A stretch of DNA of 63,800 bases, counting the filler, from Lenisia limosa (taxonomy: Eukaryota > Protista > Breviatea), in NCBI GenBank assembly GCA_001655205.1. It is 10 parts of 10 records of this genome, joined end to end, with 100 filler letters (N's around TTAATTAATTAA, not from the genome) between each part and the next. Parts side by side here need not be neighbours in the genome. Positions count along the whole stretch, not along the records: positions 11,866 to 38,186 come from LPNZ01005760.1; positions 38,287 to 42,450 come from LPNZ01011043.1; 8 more parts are not named here. One strand, 5' to 3'. The notes below the pieces were generated by a model. It searched no databases. It was not told where the DNA came from and saw only the letters and a program-made list of their open reading frames with translations. Below are positions 24,799 through 38,392 of this stretch, piece by piece. The number at the start of each line of letters is the position of its first letter. Within the stretch, counting starts at the first letter, position 1. The translations under genes were made by a program, and so were the position numbers.

Positions 24799-25990
24799 GT
24801 CAACCTCCGATTGACCTCCGAGGCAGATATAAGAGTTAATATTCGCACACGACGCAATTCTCACAACCTGTGCGCCCCCCCTCCCCCTCTCAAATAAAAA
24901 TTTTAAAAATTTGAATGTGTAATTTTACAGTTTTCCATTTACGCTTGAGAACAACGACGAGGTTGGTGACCTTTTTAGATACTGTGGAGCAAAAAAATTG
25001 TTTTTGGTAAGATTACATGAGATAACCCCCCTTTTTTTTTTTGCAATTTTGTCTTTTTATTTTATTTTATTGAGTCTGTTGTTGTAATTATATTACTGAG
25101 CAGCAGTATCATCACAGTATTTTTTTTATAAGGGAGAAGCAGTTTATCTAGGGTTAGGTTGTACGTTAGAAGTTAATAAGTTCATTTTACAAACCAGTCC
25201 CGTTCCCTTCACCACTCCTCTCACCTTTAAGGGTATTGTATTATATATTTCTCCTAGCTCTCACCCCCCCCCCTCCAGAGATGTCTGAAGACTGTCCAGG
25301 ATGCGATGATACAGCGGACCAAGCGCTCCAGTAAGCGACTCTATTCTGACCCACATTCTGTTTGTATCACTTTTTGTATCATTTTCAAACGTGTTAATAT
25401 CATTTTCTACGCAGTGATACTGGTACCTCATATCCACTCTTCTGATAGTTAGCCGACAAGTCTCATACACTCGGGATGAACCCTCATATTGTCTTCGTTC
25501 ATCATTTCGACTTGAAAGTCGGTCATATCACTGGTGGAGATAGGTCAAGTTCTCCAGCCTATTCTCCTCATCTCAACTTTCTACCTATTCTTTGCTTAAT
25601 TATATGGGACTATGGTTGGTCTATTGTCCAACTTTCTCTCCGCCTTTTCTCTATATCTCTCCCAAGAACTTCAAATGCTGATTTCTTGGGGTGTGATGCG
25701 CTGTTTATATTGATTAGTTTACTTTTTTTGGAACGCGCTTTTTTATCTTCTCATTTCTTCATGATGGAGCAATTATTTTGCAACAAAACCAAGGCAGACC
25801 AAAACTACATATGATATAGTATATTGGGTTTTCAAACTTGTGTTTCTTGAAAGAGTTGCTTTTTTGGTTTTTATGGAGGATCTTATTACTAATATGATGT
25901 CTTTTGACTGCGAAGGTTTGCCTCGGTCTTCTCACGGTTCTCTACTAGCCATTTGGCCAAAGAAAACAGTAAGCTTGAGATAGTCAAATA
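24799..25990 (-). CDS. Probable multi-exon gene of unknown function, 3'-truncated by the N gap
   Basis: Exon-like minus-strand blocks (SLAKWLVENREKTEANLR; LTGALGPLYHRILD) with AG/GT sites. Frames are not fully resolved. Confidence 0.35.
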
Positions 25991-26187
25991 GTGCGGTTTC
26001 TACCAGCACGCGGGTGATTGGATATAAAACTGTACCAGCAAGGATCCATTTGAATTTGAGAATAACTTATGTGTCAAGATTCACAAAGACAGCGTATCCA
26101 TGTTCCCTGTTTTCATTAAAGTCACCCCCAGAAACAGAGGGAGTGTTCCAGCGACTGCCAGGCCGAACGAGTATTGAGGCGGCCACT

Positions 26188-27292
26188 ATGTCAGCCCGGG
26201 ACGGAATAGACCGGCAAGGGGCCAAGGCGGTCGGCAAGAAGGGCCGGTGGGGGGGGGGGGGNNNNNNNNNNNNNNNNNNNNNNNNNNNNNNNNNNNNNNN
26301 NNNNNNNNNNNNNNNNNNNNNNNNNNNNNNNNNNNNNNATTTTGAAGGAATCCAACCTTAAGACCATAACCATAGCAGAGTATGATGAGATTTTTTCGAA
26401 ATATGTAATAATATCCTTTCATCCATTTTGATGGGGTATTGAACGTGGCTGTAGATACGGGGATTGGCCTGTGGAAGAGGCGCCGGGACGTGCTGAGATT
26501 GGCCGGGCGTCGTGGACCTATCTTCACGCTACGGCGGCGTACTATCCCGTGGAGCCAACAAAGGAGGAACAGGTGGGATGGCTTTGTTTCTTTCAGTATT
26601 GCGAGATGATATGGGTCTCTTTTCAAGTGGCTTGTGCGGTTTGTGATAAGTACATTTAGCATATCATTTCCTCACAATCTCACCCTATGATGTTGTTCAT
26701 TATTAAGGTTGACGCTTTGCAACTGATCGATGCGATGGTCAAAACGTACCCCTGTAAAGTAAGCACCCTCATATGGTATACTAAGTTGCAAATCGTGTCT
26801 ATTGCTGAAAAATACTTTGTGTTTTTAGATCAGTGCCTCTCTTTGCTGTGACCCCAGTTCTGTAGATATGCTATGCTCGTATCTTATTTTTTAACAACGA
26901 AAAACTGACATTGAGGTTTGCCGACCGCATATGAGGGAACCCATGATCAATGATCCACCCAATGTGTCCAGCAGGGTAAGGGGTGCAGCAACTGTCCCTT
27001 TTGAACCTAAAAGGCCTTCTGTCCCAATGTTCTTTGGAAATTCTCCCTGACGCTCCAGTCAAGCTTCCTGCAGTGGACTTGTCGTTACCATAACGCTATT
27101 AACCGCCAACTCAACAAACCAGAGTTCCCCTGCGGGTTCACGGAAGAGAGGTGGGTTTTTCTTTGGAATGACTTTTATTTGACCAATGCCCCTTTTCTGC
27201 ATGGAAAATACCTTTTTTTGAAAAAGAGCCAATAAGCTTGGTCTCTCTGACATTTTAGGTGGAGAAAGGTGTGGAAGAAAGCTACATCCTAG
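26188..27292 (+). CDS. ERV1: FAD-linked sulfhydryl oxidase Erv1/ALR
   Basis: EIGRASWTYLHATAAYYPVEPT, the redox motif YPCK|VC (CxxC, split by an intron) and FLQWTCRYHNAINRQLNKPEFPC. TAG stop at 27290-27292. Confidence 0.93.
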
Positions 27293-27464
27293 ATACTGAG
27301 GCTATTGATCTGAAGTGCTAATTCGAAAAAGATCACATATGGCACGATTGATGCAATCGCATCCCCCTTTCCTGAAACAATCAGAAGAACGTCTATTTAT
27401 CACACATAAACAACAGACTGTCTTGACCCCTGGTCACTTTCATGAAAAGGCTCATTTGAGGCCT

Positions 27465-29713
27465 TTACACTTCACGTCGAAACACATTAAAGGAAGGCTA
27501 GAAAGTGAGGCATAATTCAATCTCCTCAGTTATCCAATCTATTTTTTGCTACGAAATCCAGGCTCACCGCAAAGTCCTCAATAGCTGGTACGGACACTAC
27601 AGCGTTCTTGCACTCTTGTCCGATACGAACGGAGGTCCATCCGCACTACATGGTCAAATTTAGGTCCCCAATTTATGGCATTGCATTGAGTCTCCAAACC
27701 TCCGTAGCAGCGCGACAGTTATTGGCAGAGTCATCGAAGAACAGGATCTTGCTGGGGTCGGGATTGCCGAGGAGCTAACCAGTAATTAGGATCGCAAGTG
27801 AGCTTTTTCAAAAGAAACAGAACAGTTTCCCAGTGTACCTTTTCTGTCATCTTGAATGAGAGTTTTTCAGGCTTGCAGTGGCCTGCTTCGAGCTGCATTT
27901 CACTGTCTACAACTGCAAACGTAAGAAAATGGTTGACTATCAACTGCCATCTTAATGGATTCAATTGAAACCACAGTCACATATTGTTTGTAAGTAAGTG
28001 TGTAGTCCTTTTAGTCTATGTCAAAACCTTATGTTTGAGTGACCTCCGTTCTAATAACATTCATCCCTGCATACTAACATCAAACCACTCTTCGGGTAAC
28101 TCAAGGGCATCCAAACACCTGAACAGTCAAAAGCCATTGGGTGTTATTAAATCTAGTATTAGCAGTAACATGTGGTACTAACTATATAATATGTAGCAAA
28201 AGGAAAAAAGTAATGAGTATGTTGTATTTGTCAAAATATTAGCATATTAGTAATACACTATTTGATATATACATATGATATATCCTTTTTTTTTTATCTA
28301 TATCATATGATATTATGTACATTTCGTAATAGTAAAAAAAAATCACCCACTTTACCATCACACCACAGCGTTAACGAAATAGCTACCACTATAAGACAAC
28401 CAGCCTTCGTTCCTTTGAACACAAATATCACTGAATTCAAACCTCAAAGCATGAGGCTTGTCACCGTTTGTGAGGATTGCCAATCTAAGGCCGGCTCCCA
28501 TTGCTAATTGCATCATTTCCTGGAGGATAATTAGTTCCAAAGGAGACTGACCTATATATATATACTATGTACATCTTCAACCACGGAAAACACGAGGATT
28601 TTATTTTCGCCCTTTTGGCTTACCTTCAGCTTTTCGTTTGGTTTGACTCTTTTTTTTATTTCTTCAGCCGCACTGCCATGAACACGTGCGTAGAAGTCCT
28701 CCGTGTCAATTTCTTGAGTTTTACGCAGACCCCTACAATTGTCAGGAAGCGCTGATATGGCATTACGTTCAACATAGTACAGTACTCATAAATTTATTGA
28801 TGGTATGCTGATCACCTTTGATTTCAGAAAAGCCAAAAAAAAAAAAAAATACTGCACGATATACACTAATCAATTCATCTCTTGATGAGGGAACTTCTCT
28901 CAAATAGTTGAAGAGAATACAGACCTGGCTTATGATGTCAAAAAAAAACGAATACATATCATATATCTATTCGTAAGATGCACTGTAAGATTCTTGATCA
29001 AATCGACAGACCTCAGGGTCAGGCCATAGTGGCGGTAATAGAACGTGGTTTTCTCTTCCGCCTAATGGGTGATTTGGGACCTCTAATGCAGCAGCCATAT
29101 TATATATTTGTATGCAAAAATAGCACTACAAAAGATATCCTAAATAAATATCACCTAAAAGCAAACAACATCCTCCGCCTACTTGTTCCCATGTCAACCC
29201 TTCGCGATATTGGACGTATCTAAATAGTCAATTAAAAACTGGACTTGTCTGAAACCAAAAATTGCCATTTTCAAAGTAGAAGACAATCGCATGAACAAGA
29301 ACAAATGAGAGGAATTGCAATTAATCACGTCAAAAACAAAACCGTACCAAATACGGGTGGGTGCGATTATAGTGTTATACTCATGTTTTACAAGGATTCT
29401 TAGCTGGCGGTGTTGTGTAATCTGCTTTCAAATTGCCCAATTGGGCCGCTAATTCAGCCGCAAACCTAATGATGTTGTCCTTGACGATCGCGTTGACCCC
29501 GCAACTATAAGGGTACACTGAAAAGGTTAGGTGATTAATTTGATTAAGAGAGAACTATGTGGAGTATGTATGGGAAAGGAGTTATATCAAAAGATACTGG
29601 AGGGAAAGAAAGTAGAGAAACCATAGAAGTGTCTTTTCCTGCCACCAACAGCAGTCATCAACATCAAAAACGATGTGGGAGTACTGAGAGAGGTCAAGGT
29701 CGGCTCCTGTCAT
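27465..29713 (-). CDS. HAD-IA pyrimidine 5'-nucleotidase (SDT1/Phm8 family)
   Basis: Motif I VFDVDDCLYP; YYRHYGLTLRGL..IDTEDFYARVH; motif II ILTNGDKPHA; CKP; motif IV ILFFDDSANNC. Confidence 0.88.
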
Positions 29714-30200
29714 TGCGGCTTGATTTCCGTATGGATATTTCTACTCTCTGTTGCTGAGTGTGAACTGTTGAATTAATATTTATCAGTTTCTCTCCTCTCT
29801 TGAGTGTCAGCTGTCTTGAATGATTGAAAGATTGGAAAGATTGATTTTTTTTTTTTTTGTTTCATGGCGGTTACGTGATCCAAAGGACGAGCCCACCCCA
29901 CCCAAACACACGGAACCAAACGGCCAATGAACGTGTGTTACTATGTTGCCCACATGCCTGTGTATGTGATGAGGTTAAAGTGGAATACCAACACAACAAA
30001 ACAAACAAAATACATTGATAGAAGTCAAGAAAATTACTGTGCGACCATAACAGGACAGTTTTATGACCTTTTCTCCAGTTCCGCTGTGAGGGTCTTGACC
30101 TGTTTTTCTAATTCGCGTACTCGAGCCTAGTTAAAGTTAGCCAATTTTTTGAGAGAGTAAGAAAATCAAATACCACCCAGGGTGGATAAGGACTCTCACC

Positions 30201-33200
30201 TCAAGCCTTTCGTTGCGTATCTTGAGTGACTAGAGCGTCAAAAAAGAAGAATAATAAAAAATAAAAAGAAGCAGAAACTGCCTTTCTCAAATTATCATAA
30301 TCCAACAACACCTCTACAAACCAGATTGTCCTCTTCAGCACGAATATAACGCGCTGTAATATTAGACGAATGAAGACAATGAGAAGAAATTAGAAAGTGG
30401 TTAATAGGACCCCACAAACAGAAGCCAGATTTCTCTTTTGCATTCTCGATAGCATTGAAGATAGCTGCCACCCACTACAGCAGTTAGGAATTCATAGAAA
30501 CCCAAAAGCTGCTTGCTTTTTCGATACATTGCCATGATATGCATAACATCAGCTAACTTTATCTCTTTGAATAGGGTTTTCGCAAGAGAGCACGTGCGCA
30601 TTTCCATCAAAAATGATTTCAAACGAACATTCGTCATCATCTCGCAGTCTAAAGGGTGAGTTGGAAGCTCCGAATGGTCCGTGACGATGAAACAGACAGA
30701 TTTGGCAGATCATAGATCCATTTATTTTTCATTTTTATCCATAACTGGTAGCATACGTAGTATTATCGGAAAGAATCGAAAAGTTCCCCCCACAGTGTTT
30801 GCTATTTTGACCCCATTAGGAATGACTATAACCCGCATACGGCTGTACTTTTGAAAGAAGCAAAGGGTACTTTCCTTTCGACTGAATTGCACCTCTGTAC
30901 CTGTAGTACATCATGTACTTGTTCGTCTGAACTATTAGCGCTTATTTAACGGAAAATTACCCCCCCCATTTGGACCAAAATAGAATGGAATTCAACTGAG
31001 AGAGCCACTTCTGGTTGAGTATGGGTATTTCTCAGTATTCAAACATCTAAAATGGGAAATTCCAAGTCCTCCCACCACATAGAACCAGCGGGTAACAAAG
31101 ACATTGCTCTTGCGGCCCTTTTTTCTCAGATACCCCGAGGGGTTTCCGTATTTGTTGAGTTCCATTACCTGGGGAGTGAACAGTGTGGGTATGGAGACTT
31201 GCAAGCAGAATGAATGAGCCATTCACCCAATCGCAAACTATCCAACCCTCTCACTGTTTTGAGGCTATCCGGTAGTATCATGTTGTCAGTGAGGAAAGAA
31301 GTCAGGACCCGAGACTCGGGAAGGGTGGTGAGGAGGTGTCGGAGAAGCCGCTCAAGGCCAATCTACGAGGTCAATAGTGAAGAATGATCGGATAAATGAT
31401 ACACAAAAAAGAGAAAGATACAAGGAAAGAATAAAATGCGGCAAAAGATGGGCCATTGGGAAAATCGATGTGTTAGGGGTCCCACTTGACGTTCCTTGAC
31501 CAGAGTGGGGTTGAGGGAGTCGATAAGCTTCTTAGGTGGTCGCTTCACCTTCCATTCAAACGAGGGGTACTCTTTTTTCACCTGAGCATTAAGACAGGGT
31601 AATTAGTCCGATACCGGTAACTACAGAAAGGGATTACAATAGGATGAAAAGCCCCCTCCCCCCCTTCGGGTGCCAGCTTACCAAATGTTCCAGTGTAACA
31701 AAGTCGGAGTATCGATGGTCAATGAACCAATCCGCCTCATCTCCCGTACTCTGCGACACAGCAATACGATAAACCTGCACAGTTAACAGCGATTCAGTAA
31801 ATTATACCACGCTAATATTATGCTTTTTAATATCCGATTCCATCCTTGGTATAATATACTATGCATTGTATGTAGAGATATTTTTACTGCTTGAAAAACA
31901 CCCCCTCATTAAGACTAAAAACCACCAACAGTGTGGGTTCTCTTGTTGTCTTCGGAAACGTAGGTTTCTGAAATTCCAACCTGGGGAGTAAATGACCCAT
32001 CGTTGGCAAAGCGTGGAAAGTAAATAGAGAACGCAACTGTAAAGCATCAATAAGCACCATCTGATATGTAACGCGTTTATCATATGGTCATGAAGAAACT
32101 TGGATACCTTCAATGGGGCTTGTGAGATTAAAGGAAGGACATTTTGGTCACTCCATTGCCACTCTTGCGCAGCCTATAAAATAAATGCTATAAAAAAACG
32201 AGGTCTACTGTGTGGTTTGGTTCAGCTTAGCGAAGGAAAACCAGAAAGAGGGAAAACTAAAACATTTCTAATTTCAAGAAATAAAGAAACACCATTTCCC
32301 ATTTCCTACCTCAACCGAGGGTGTTTCGTAACCTGAAGCAGCCTCAGATAGGTCAAATTCTTTATGTGTACTTTCATCCTGCTAAATAATGTGAAATTCG
32401 CTCTCAAATCACGACGGTAACAGTAATGTCCTAAAACAGTATATCTATCACATTAAGGTATAACTTCTCGTCCAAAAAGAGCCTGAATTGTCGATAAACT
32501 CTCAGCTCATACCTCATCTTGGGTCTCAAGAACACTGTCATCCTTCTGGTTCCACGCCCAGCCCAACTGTCCGCCGTCACTACTGAACCTCCAACTTTGC
32601 TGAATCGTAAAATGGATGGTGAAGTTGAAACTTTTATGCATCGGATTAATGTTGTTGGAAAGCAGAATTGGTGACTCCGGTCCAGCCCTATCCCAATTGA
32701 CCAGAGACCGGATAGATTCATTCAAGATGAAACAACCATACCGAAGTGAAGCATCAAGCAAAGTAAGCATAATATGAAAATAGTGTTTGGCTGGTAGCTG
32801 TTCCCACAAACTCTCATCCAGGAGTCAACAGCACCCTGGGCTTTGAGGGAGTTCTTCCGGCCACGAATGGGTGCGGTCGCACAGTCTGATTTAATGAGGG
32901 CTTCTGTGGGGTTTCCATTTAATAAGTGTATCTTGACAAAAAAATGCTGAGCATAAGAAAAATTCAATTGTACCGAGATTGCCTTTCAATGGAACAGAAA
33001 TAAAATAAAATACAATTTAAAAATGAGAAAGAGGGAAAAACAATAAATTCTCTTCTCTGTGAAAAGAAAATATTGTAAAACACCTAGATCCTGTTCTCCT
33101 TAACTCCAATCTTCTCCAAGAAATTGTCCGACGGCTGCCCTCACCAACCTTGCTCGGGAAGAGGAGGTGCCAGCGGTGCTACTATTATTTCGTCATTCTC

Positions 33201-33469
33201 ATTATCTTCGTTCTCGGAAACAACATCAAAGTCTTCCTGTGTATGTTAGTGGGGGACGACGTCTTTTAAAAAATGTTAACACGGAACAATTAATACATTA
33301 ACATTGTCAAGCTCAGAAGTTTAAACTACCCTAAACTAAAACTCATGGGTGCTCAAGTATTTACAATAAATCCTTCCCAACAAACAATTTGGAAAAGCAG
33401 GTTTGATACATCAACGGAATTCCTCTTCGACGGACAGGGTCCAGCGCCAAAGGTGGCACTCTGGTCCAT
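30201..33469 (-). CDS. PX + PH domain protein with an uncharacterised N-terminal beta-rich region
   Basis: PX: VYRIAV..WFIDHRYSDF..PPKKLIDSLNPTLVKERQ. PH: GYLRKKGRKSNVFVTRWF..SFEII..LSCENPIQRDKWVAAIFNAI. ATG at 33469, TGA at 30201-30203. Confidence 0.82.
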
Positions 33470-33784
33470 AGTGTTCACCAAAGTGCGCTGAGAGTTGTAA
33501 TGAATATTTGTTCACTTATTTTACTACTTGTGCACGAGGAGAAGAGTCAATACACACCTAGGGCGTTGCGAAAACTGCGAAGGAATCTGTGTTTCTGCGA
33601 CTTCCCGAGTTTTAGATATTATGTTGCCTCATTCTCTCTATTATGCACAACAATAACTATAATTCTTTTTAACAATAAGCTGACAGTGCAAAACAATGAC
33701 ATTCGGTGTCATCTAAATACCACATATTTATATGGTATTAAAGCTCCTTTTTTTTAACAAATCGGTCTCTTTTATTGGTTAAAT

Positions 33785-34068
33785 ATGGCAGGAAAGGCAG
33801 GAGGAAAGCAGAAGCCACTCAAGAAGCCAAAGTCCCAGAAGGGTGAACTTGATGATGTTTGTTATTGAGGTTATGACGCCAATTCCTCATTATTTTAGGA
33901 TGAAATTGCCCATCAGCAGAAAATGAGGGACCAGAAGGCCGCCGAGAAGGCCGCCGCTGCTGGCATGTCTGGAAAGAAGGGTCTGTCTACCCTCCCGAGG
34001 GATTGTTTTAACATTTTTCAGGTCCCATGAACCTTGGTGGCCAGGGCATCAAGAAGTCCAAGAAGTAA
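33785..34068 (+). CDS. TMA7: Translation machinery-associated protein 7
   Basis: Three exons give MAGKAGGKQKPLKKPKSQKGELDDDEIAHQQKMRDQKAAEKAAAAGMSGKKGPMNLGGQGIKKSKK*. Confidence 0.92.
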
Positions 34069-34752
34069 AGTTCGTTCTTTCCTTTGTAAACATCTTTTTA
34101 TTCTTGAATAGAAAGGCATTTTGGGGTTATTGTTTTATATAAAGAAGCATTTTTCAGGGATAGATAACCGAGGGCTTTTGAATATGATGGAGAATTTGGT
34201 GTCTTATTTCTGTGTTCTCTTCTTGTGTTTTTCTTCCAACCCAATGCTCTTTAGTGCAAGGAACAAGTAGAATTCTCTTAATTAATGTTCTGTTTGAAGC
34301 TCTATTGGAAATGTCATCAAAACTATAATTATATATTTCAAAAATCTTATATTTATGGAAGGTGTTGTTGCCTTTTTTGCTTGGGTACCTTGAGATAAAT
34401 GATACTCTTTCAGATGTTGTGTCTGCAATTCTATGTCTACAAAGGGTAGCTATCTTTTCACCTCCAAGATCTCTGTGTGTGTGTGTTTATAAATATCGAC
34501 ATACCTACTCTTAGATATGTTCTACAAGAAGTTGGATAGTAATAGGGTATACTGTGTGCATATCTCAAATGTCTTGTATATTCTTCAGAATTAACTTCCC
34601 CAGTTCTCATATAAAATGTAACCATATATGATATATTTAATTAAAGGCTCAGAATACAATTCGATGCCAAACGAAATGAAAGAAACACTACCATAGCAGA
34701 AAACAAGAAACAAGGCATAAACATAAAAGCCGGGGGATATCAAAAGGGTGAA

Positions 34753-37700
34753 TTAGCTTGGAAGAAGGTGGTCAGGCCTAGACATGTATGTTGACCATTG
34801 TGGCATTGTCATGAAGTACGAGTCAATCGCAGTGGCAAATCGAGGCTGCCAGGGTTAGTGTTATGTCTGTTGTCTGTCAAGGACTGCGGGGGGGGGGGGG
34901 NNNNNNNNNNNNNNNNNNNNNNNNNNNNNNNNNNNNNNNNNNNNNNNNNNNNNNNNNNNNNNNNNNNNNNNNNNNNNNNNNNNNNNNNNNNNNNNNNNNN
35001 NNNNNNNNNNNNNNNNNNNNNNNNNNNNNNNNNNNNNNNNNNNNNNNNNNNNNTCAAGAATGGGGTGAAGGTAAAAATGAAGAAATGCACCTAGGTGGGG
35101 GGGCAGTTATAATTATTGCTTTTGCCTGCCATAATCTAAACCTGACCAACAAAACCAAAATAGTAGAGTTGGCGGTAAGGGTTGATGAAAACTTGTTACT
35201 TCATCAATGCCATGTAACAATTATGTTGCAAAACAAAAAAAGTAAATATATATGTATATCATATCATATACACTTGTATATAATATATAAAATGTATTTT
35301 ATACTATTATATATTGGTAAGCTCTAATGCATGGTAATAGGACAGTATATTGTAGTGATGCCCATAATACGATTATTGAACCCTCACCGCGTATTTCATG
35401 GGCTGAATGACAGTGGGCCCTTCAGCGGTTCCTCCGAACATCGCAGAAGACTAAACATATCAATCATATCATTGATTCAAAAGGTTCAACACATAACACG
35501 GTATAAATGGGATAATCGAATGTGAATATGAACTAACCTTGATCTTGGTTTCTACCTTCTTCTTTGTGGTGTACGTTTGAAGGAAGTCAATGATGCTGAC
35601 CGCAAGCTGGTTTCGATCCGAGTCCACCCCAACAAGCAAACTGTAGTCCATGATACCCTGCATGGTGTAAGTCAAAACAAACAGTGTCTAACGCGTATGC
35701 ATCCTTCTCAAGGTTATTACCCTTTGCGCCTACCAGATTAGAGAGGAACTTTGCGTCATTCCACACACAGGTGTTGAGGAAAGTCTAAGAGGCACATAAA
35801 GAATGGTTCTTATTTGACAAATCTTCATAAACAATGCTCCAATTAAGTATGAAGATTAGCAATGGAACACACCTTACACGCCTCATGAAGATACACCGGG
35901 TTCTTCTTTGTCCAGTCCTTGAAGTTGTCATCAGGTAGAATGGCTCCCGGTCGCGGGTTTTTCACCTTTCGGTTCTGCTTACTGCCCTTCAAATCAAACC
36001 CCTGGGCGGTGAATATCGAGTAAATGAGGCAATGGGTATCAGCTGCAGAAATATCTGGGATCCAAGGCAACCCCCCGAGATAGAGAGAATTCAGCTTGAG
36101 CTCCCCTCCCCCCTCAAGATGGACTGAACCATTCCCACCACCCACGCTTTCCGGCTGGCGTCCATAAAAGGTGTTTTCCATTAGGAACACATTATGCACA
36201 GCCACACTCTTTCCGTTTCGTGAAACTTCAATCTTGTAAAAGCCCAGGTACTTGGTCATGACTGGGGGGGGGGGGTAACAAAAACAAAACACCAGGATAT
36301 CAACTCAATTGGCTAAGCATCTCCTAGATGGTGGATGAAATAATAAGGCAAGTCCATTGCCAAGTACAAACCAACGGTGAACATATGATATTAATAAGTA
36401 CTATTATACAATATAAATAAATACTTGCCCCATACTTGAGGGCCTCTTTTCAACCAAGACCGCGTGCATGTAAGTGAAGTAACTCTCCAGAAACTCAGAC
36501 ATCTGCTTGATCTCAGAGGCAAGCAAACTCTTCACAATGAACCTGTCGTCAATAGTCTTGAGTGTGAGAAATATCTTGAATAATGCCAAGATTTTCAAAA
36601 AAGAGAAGTTGCGCATCCCTTCACACCTTGAAAAAGGCCGACTTAGACTTGCCGCCGCTGGCCGCCCACGGCACGGACCGCATGAGAGACGTAATCACCT
36701 CGGAGTCAGGACCCAGGTGCAGCATTCTGGAGGGGATTGATTCATAAAATGAGCTAACGTGCTTATATTCATGTACTATATGGATTCATATGGCTAACGT
36801 GCTGAGATTCACGAATATGCATTCATAGAGAGTCTGTTTTGCTTAAACACAAAGAAGCCAACCTGAGAGCATGGAACTGGAGGGCGTTATAAGCCACAAA
36901 ATGGACATCTGCATCAGCCACGTGGTCATGCATGTGCTGCAAAGATGAAAAGAATATTTCACAAGGGTTATGCATGTGTTCATCATAAACCCACGATATT
37001 GAGGTGTGAGTGGTCAGTGCTTGGAATGAGCAAAAGGGCGGAGTAGAAGGCCTTGGAGTCCTAAATCATAAGAAATACTGCTGCTATTCGTAGCATCTTG
37101 CTTCGTGTTCAGTGACAAGTTGCTTGAGAGAAAAAGGACAAAACAAGACCAATAAATGAGCTGAGAAACCAGGGCGTAAGTGGAAGAAAACATGGTTGTA
37201 AAGCAGTCACAGCTTTTCCGATCCTTACTTTGAATTTCTTGGCTTCGGGTTCAACTGGCTCGGTCTGGACTTTTGGGGTACTTTGGGATAAGGGAAAGGA
37301 AAAGAAAAACGAACACTCGGAATGGGCAACAATACAGCCAATGGAAAGTTGCTGGAGTACGGGAATGCCACAAACACAAGGTTAGGAAAAAGAAGAAAAT
37401 GCTATTTTTGTGGAATTCACCCCAAAGTACCTGGGGGGAGATCCTCGTTTTGATGGAGTCGCGGGGCCGTCGATACGGGGTGTTGACGGTGGCGTAATGT
37501 GAAGGGACCCGGGTAATTCAGGGGGGCTATACGGCTCTTCATCTCGGGGTGTTTGGTACCCCGGGGACAAGGGTGGCTTCGCGGTGTAAGGCAGCGTCAG
37601 GGAAACTCGGTTTTCAGCCGGGGTTAAAGTGGCTTCCTGGAGTGCAGCTGCTAAGGTCGGAGGATTCGCAACAGCCACGTCATTTATGTCAGAATCATCA

Positions 37701-38186
37701 CTCTTGCTGTCGGCATCGTTTGGCATGGCTTCCGATGGGAGTCCAGGTGCTTCTTCAGCTTCTGGCTCCAAATGAACCAGAAGGGAGAATAATGGGGCCG
37801 TATAATTGGCTGTAGGTGCAGGTGTGACCGAAATGTGCGATCCGACATCCGAAACTCCGGATAGGTTCCTGGCATGACAAGGGATCGGGGGAATTAATGG
37901 TACACTCGGATAGTTCGGAGGGATTTGTGGGTCGGAAATGCGGCGTTCGCGGCCGGACTTGGGAAACGGCATTTCGGACATGGACATGACCCTCCGGTGC
38001 CCCCGGGGGATTCTCGGGGGGAGTGCCGGGAGAACAGCGGGCACCACAGCACGGGCTTGGATATCCGGATCCGATACCGAGGGTGGAAAATAGGGGCTCG
38101 GCAGAGCGGTTGAGGTGAGTGTGTCACTATCAGCAGGTACGGGGCGGCTTGAGGGGGCGCTGGTTTGGGACAGGGTTCTGCTGTGG
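34753..38186 (-). CDS. FAB1: Fab1/PIKfyve-type phosphatidylinositol 3-phosphate 5-kinase, C-terminal part
   Basis: AYNALQFHALR, SGGKSKSAFFK, DDRFIVK, LMENTFY, FDLKGSKQNR, IMDYSLLVGVD, IIDFLQTYTTKKKVE, PTVIQPMKYA and PRFATAIDSYF. A Pro-rich linker lies at 37382-38047. Confidence 0.9.
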
Positions 38187-38392
38187 NNNNNNNNNNNNNN
38201 NNNNNNNNNNNNNNNNNNNNNNNNNNNNNNTTAATTAATTAANNNNNNNNNNNNNNNNNNNNNNNNNNNNNNNNNNNNNNNNNNNNTAACAACAAAACAA
38301 ACACTGCACGGGCCAGTCGCTTCTGCAGCACCACATCCCATCACTCCAGCGTACGGGTAAAACAGAGGAAATTTCGATAAAATAAAAGCATA

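Noticed and set aside
32507-32809. ORF-track entry labelled + (MWEQLP...)
   Set aside because: The translation matches the minus strand (TTG at 32809, TGA at 32507). It is an exon of the PX-PH gene, not a separate plus-strand gene.
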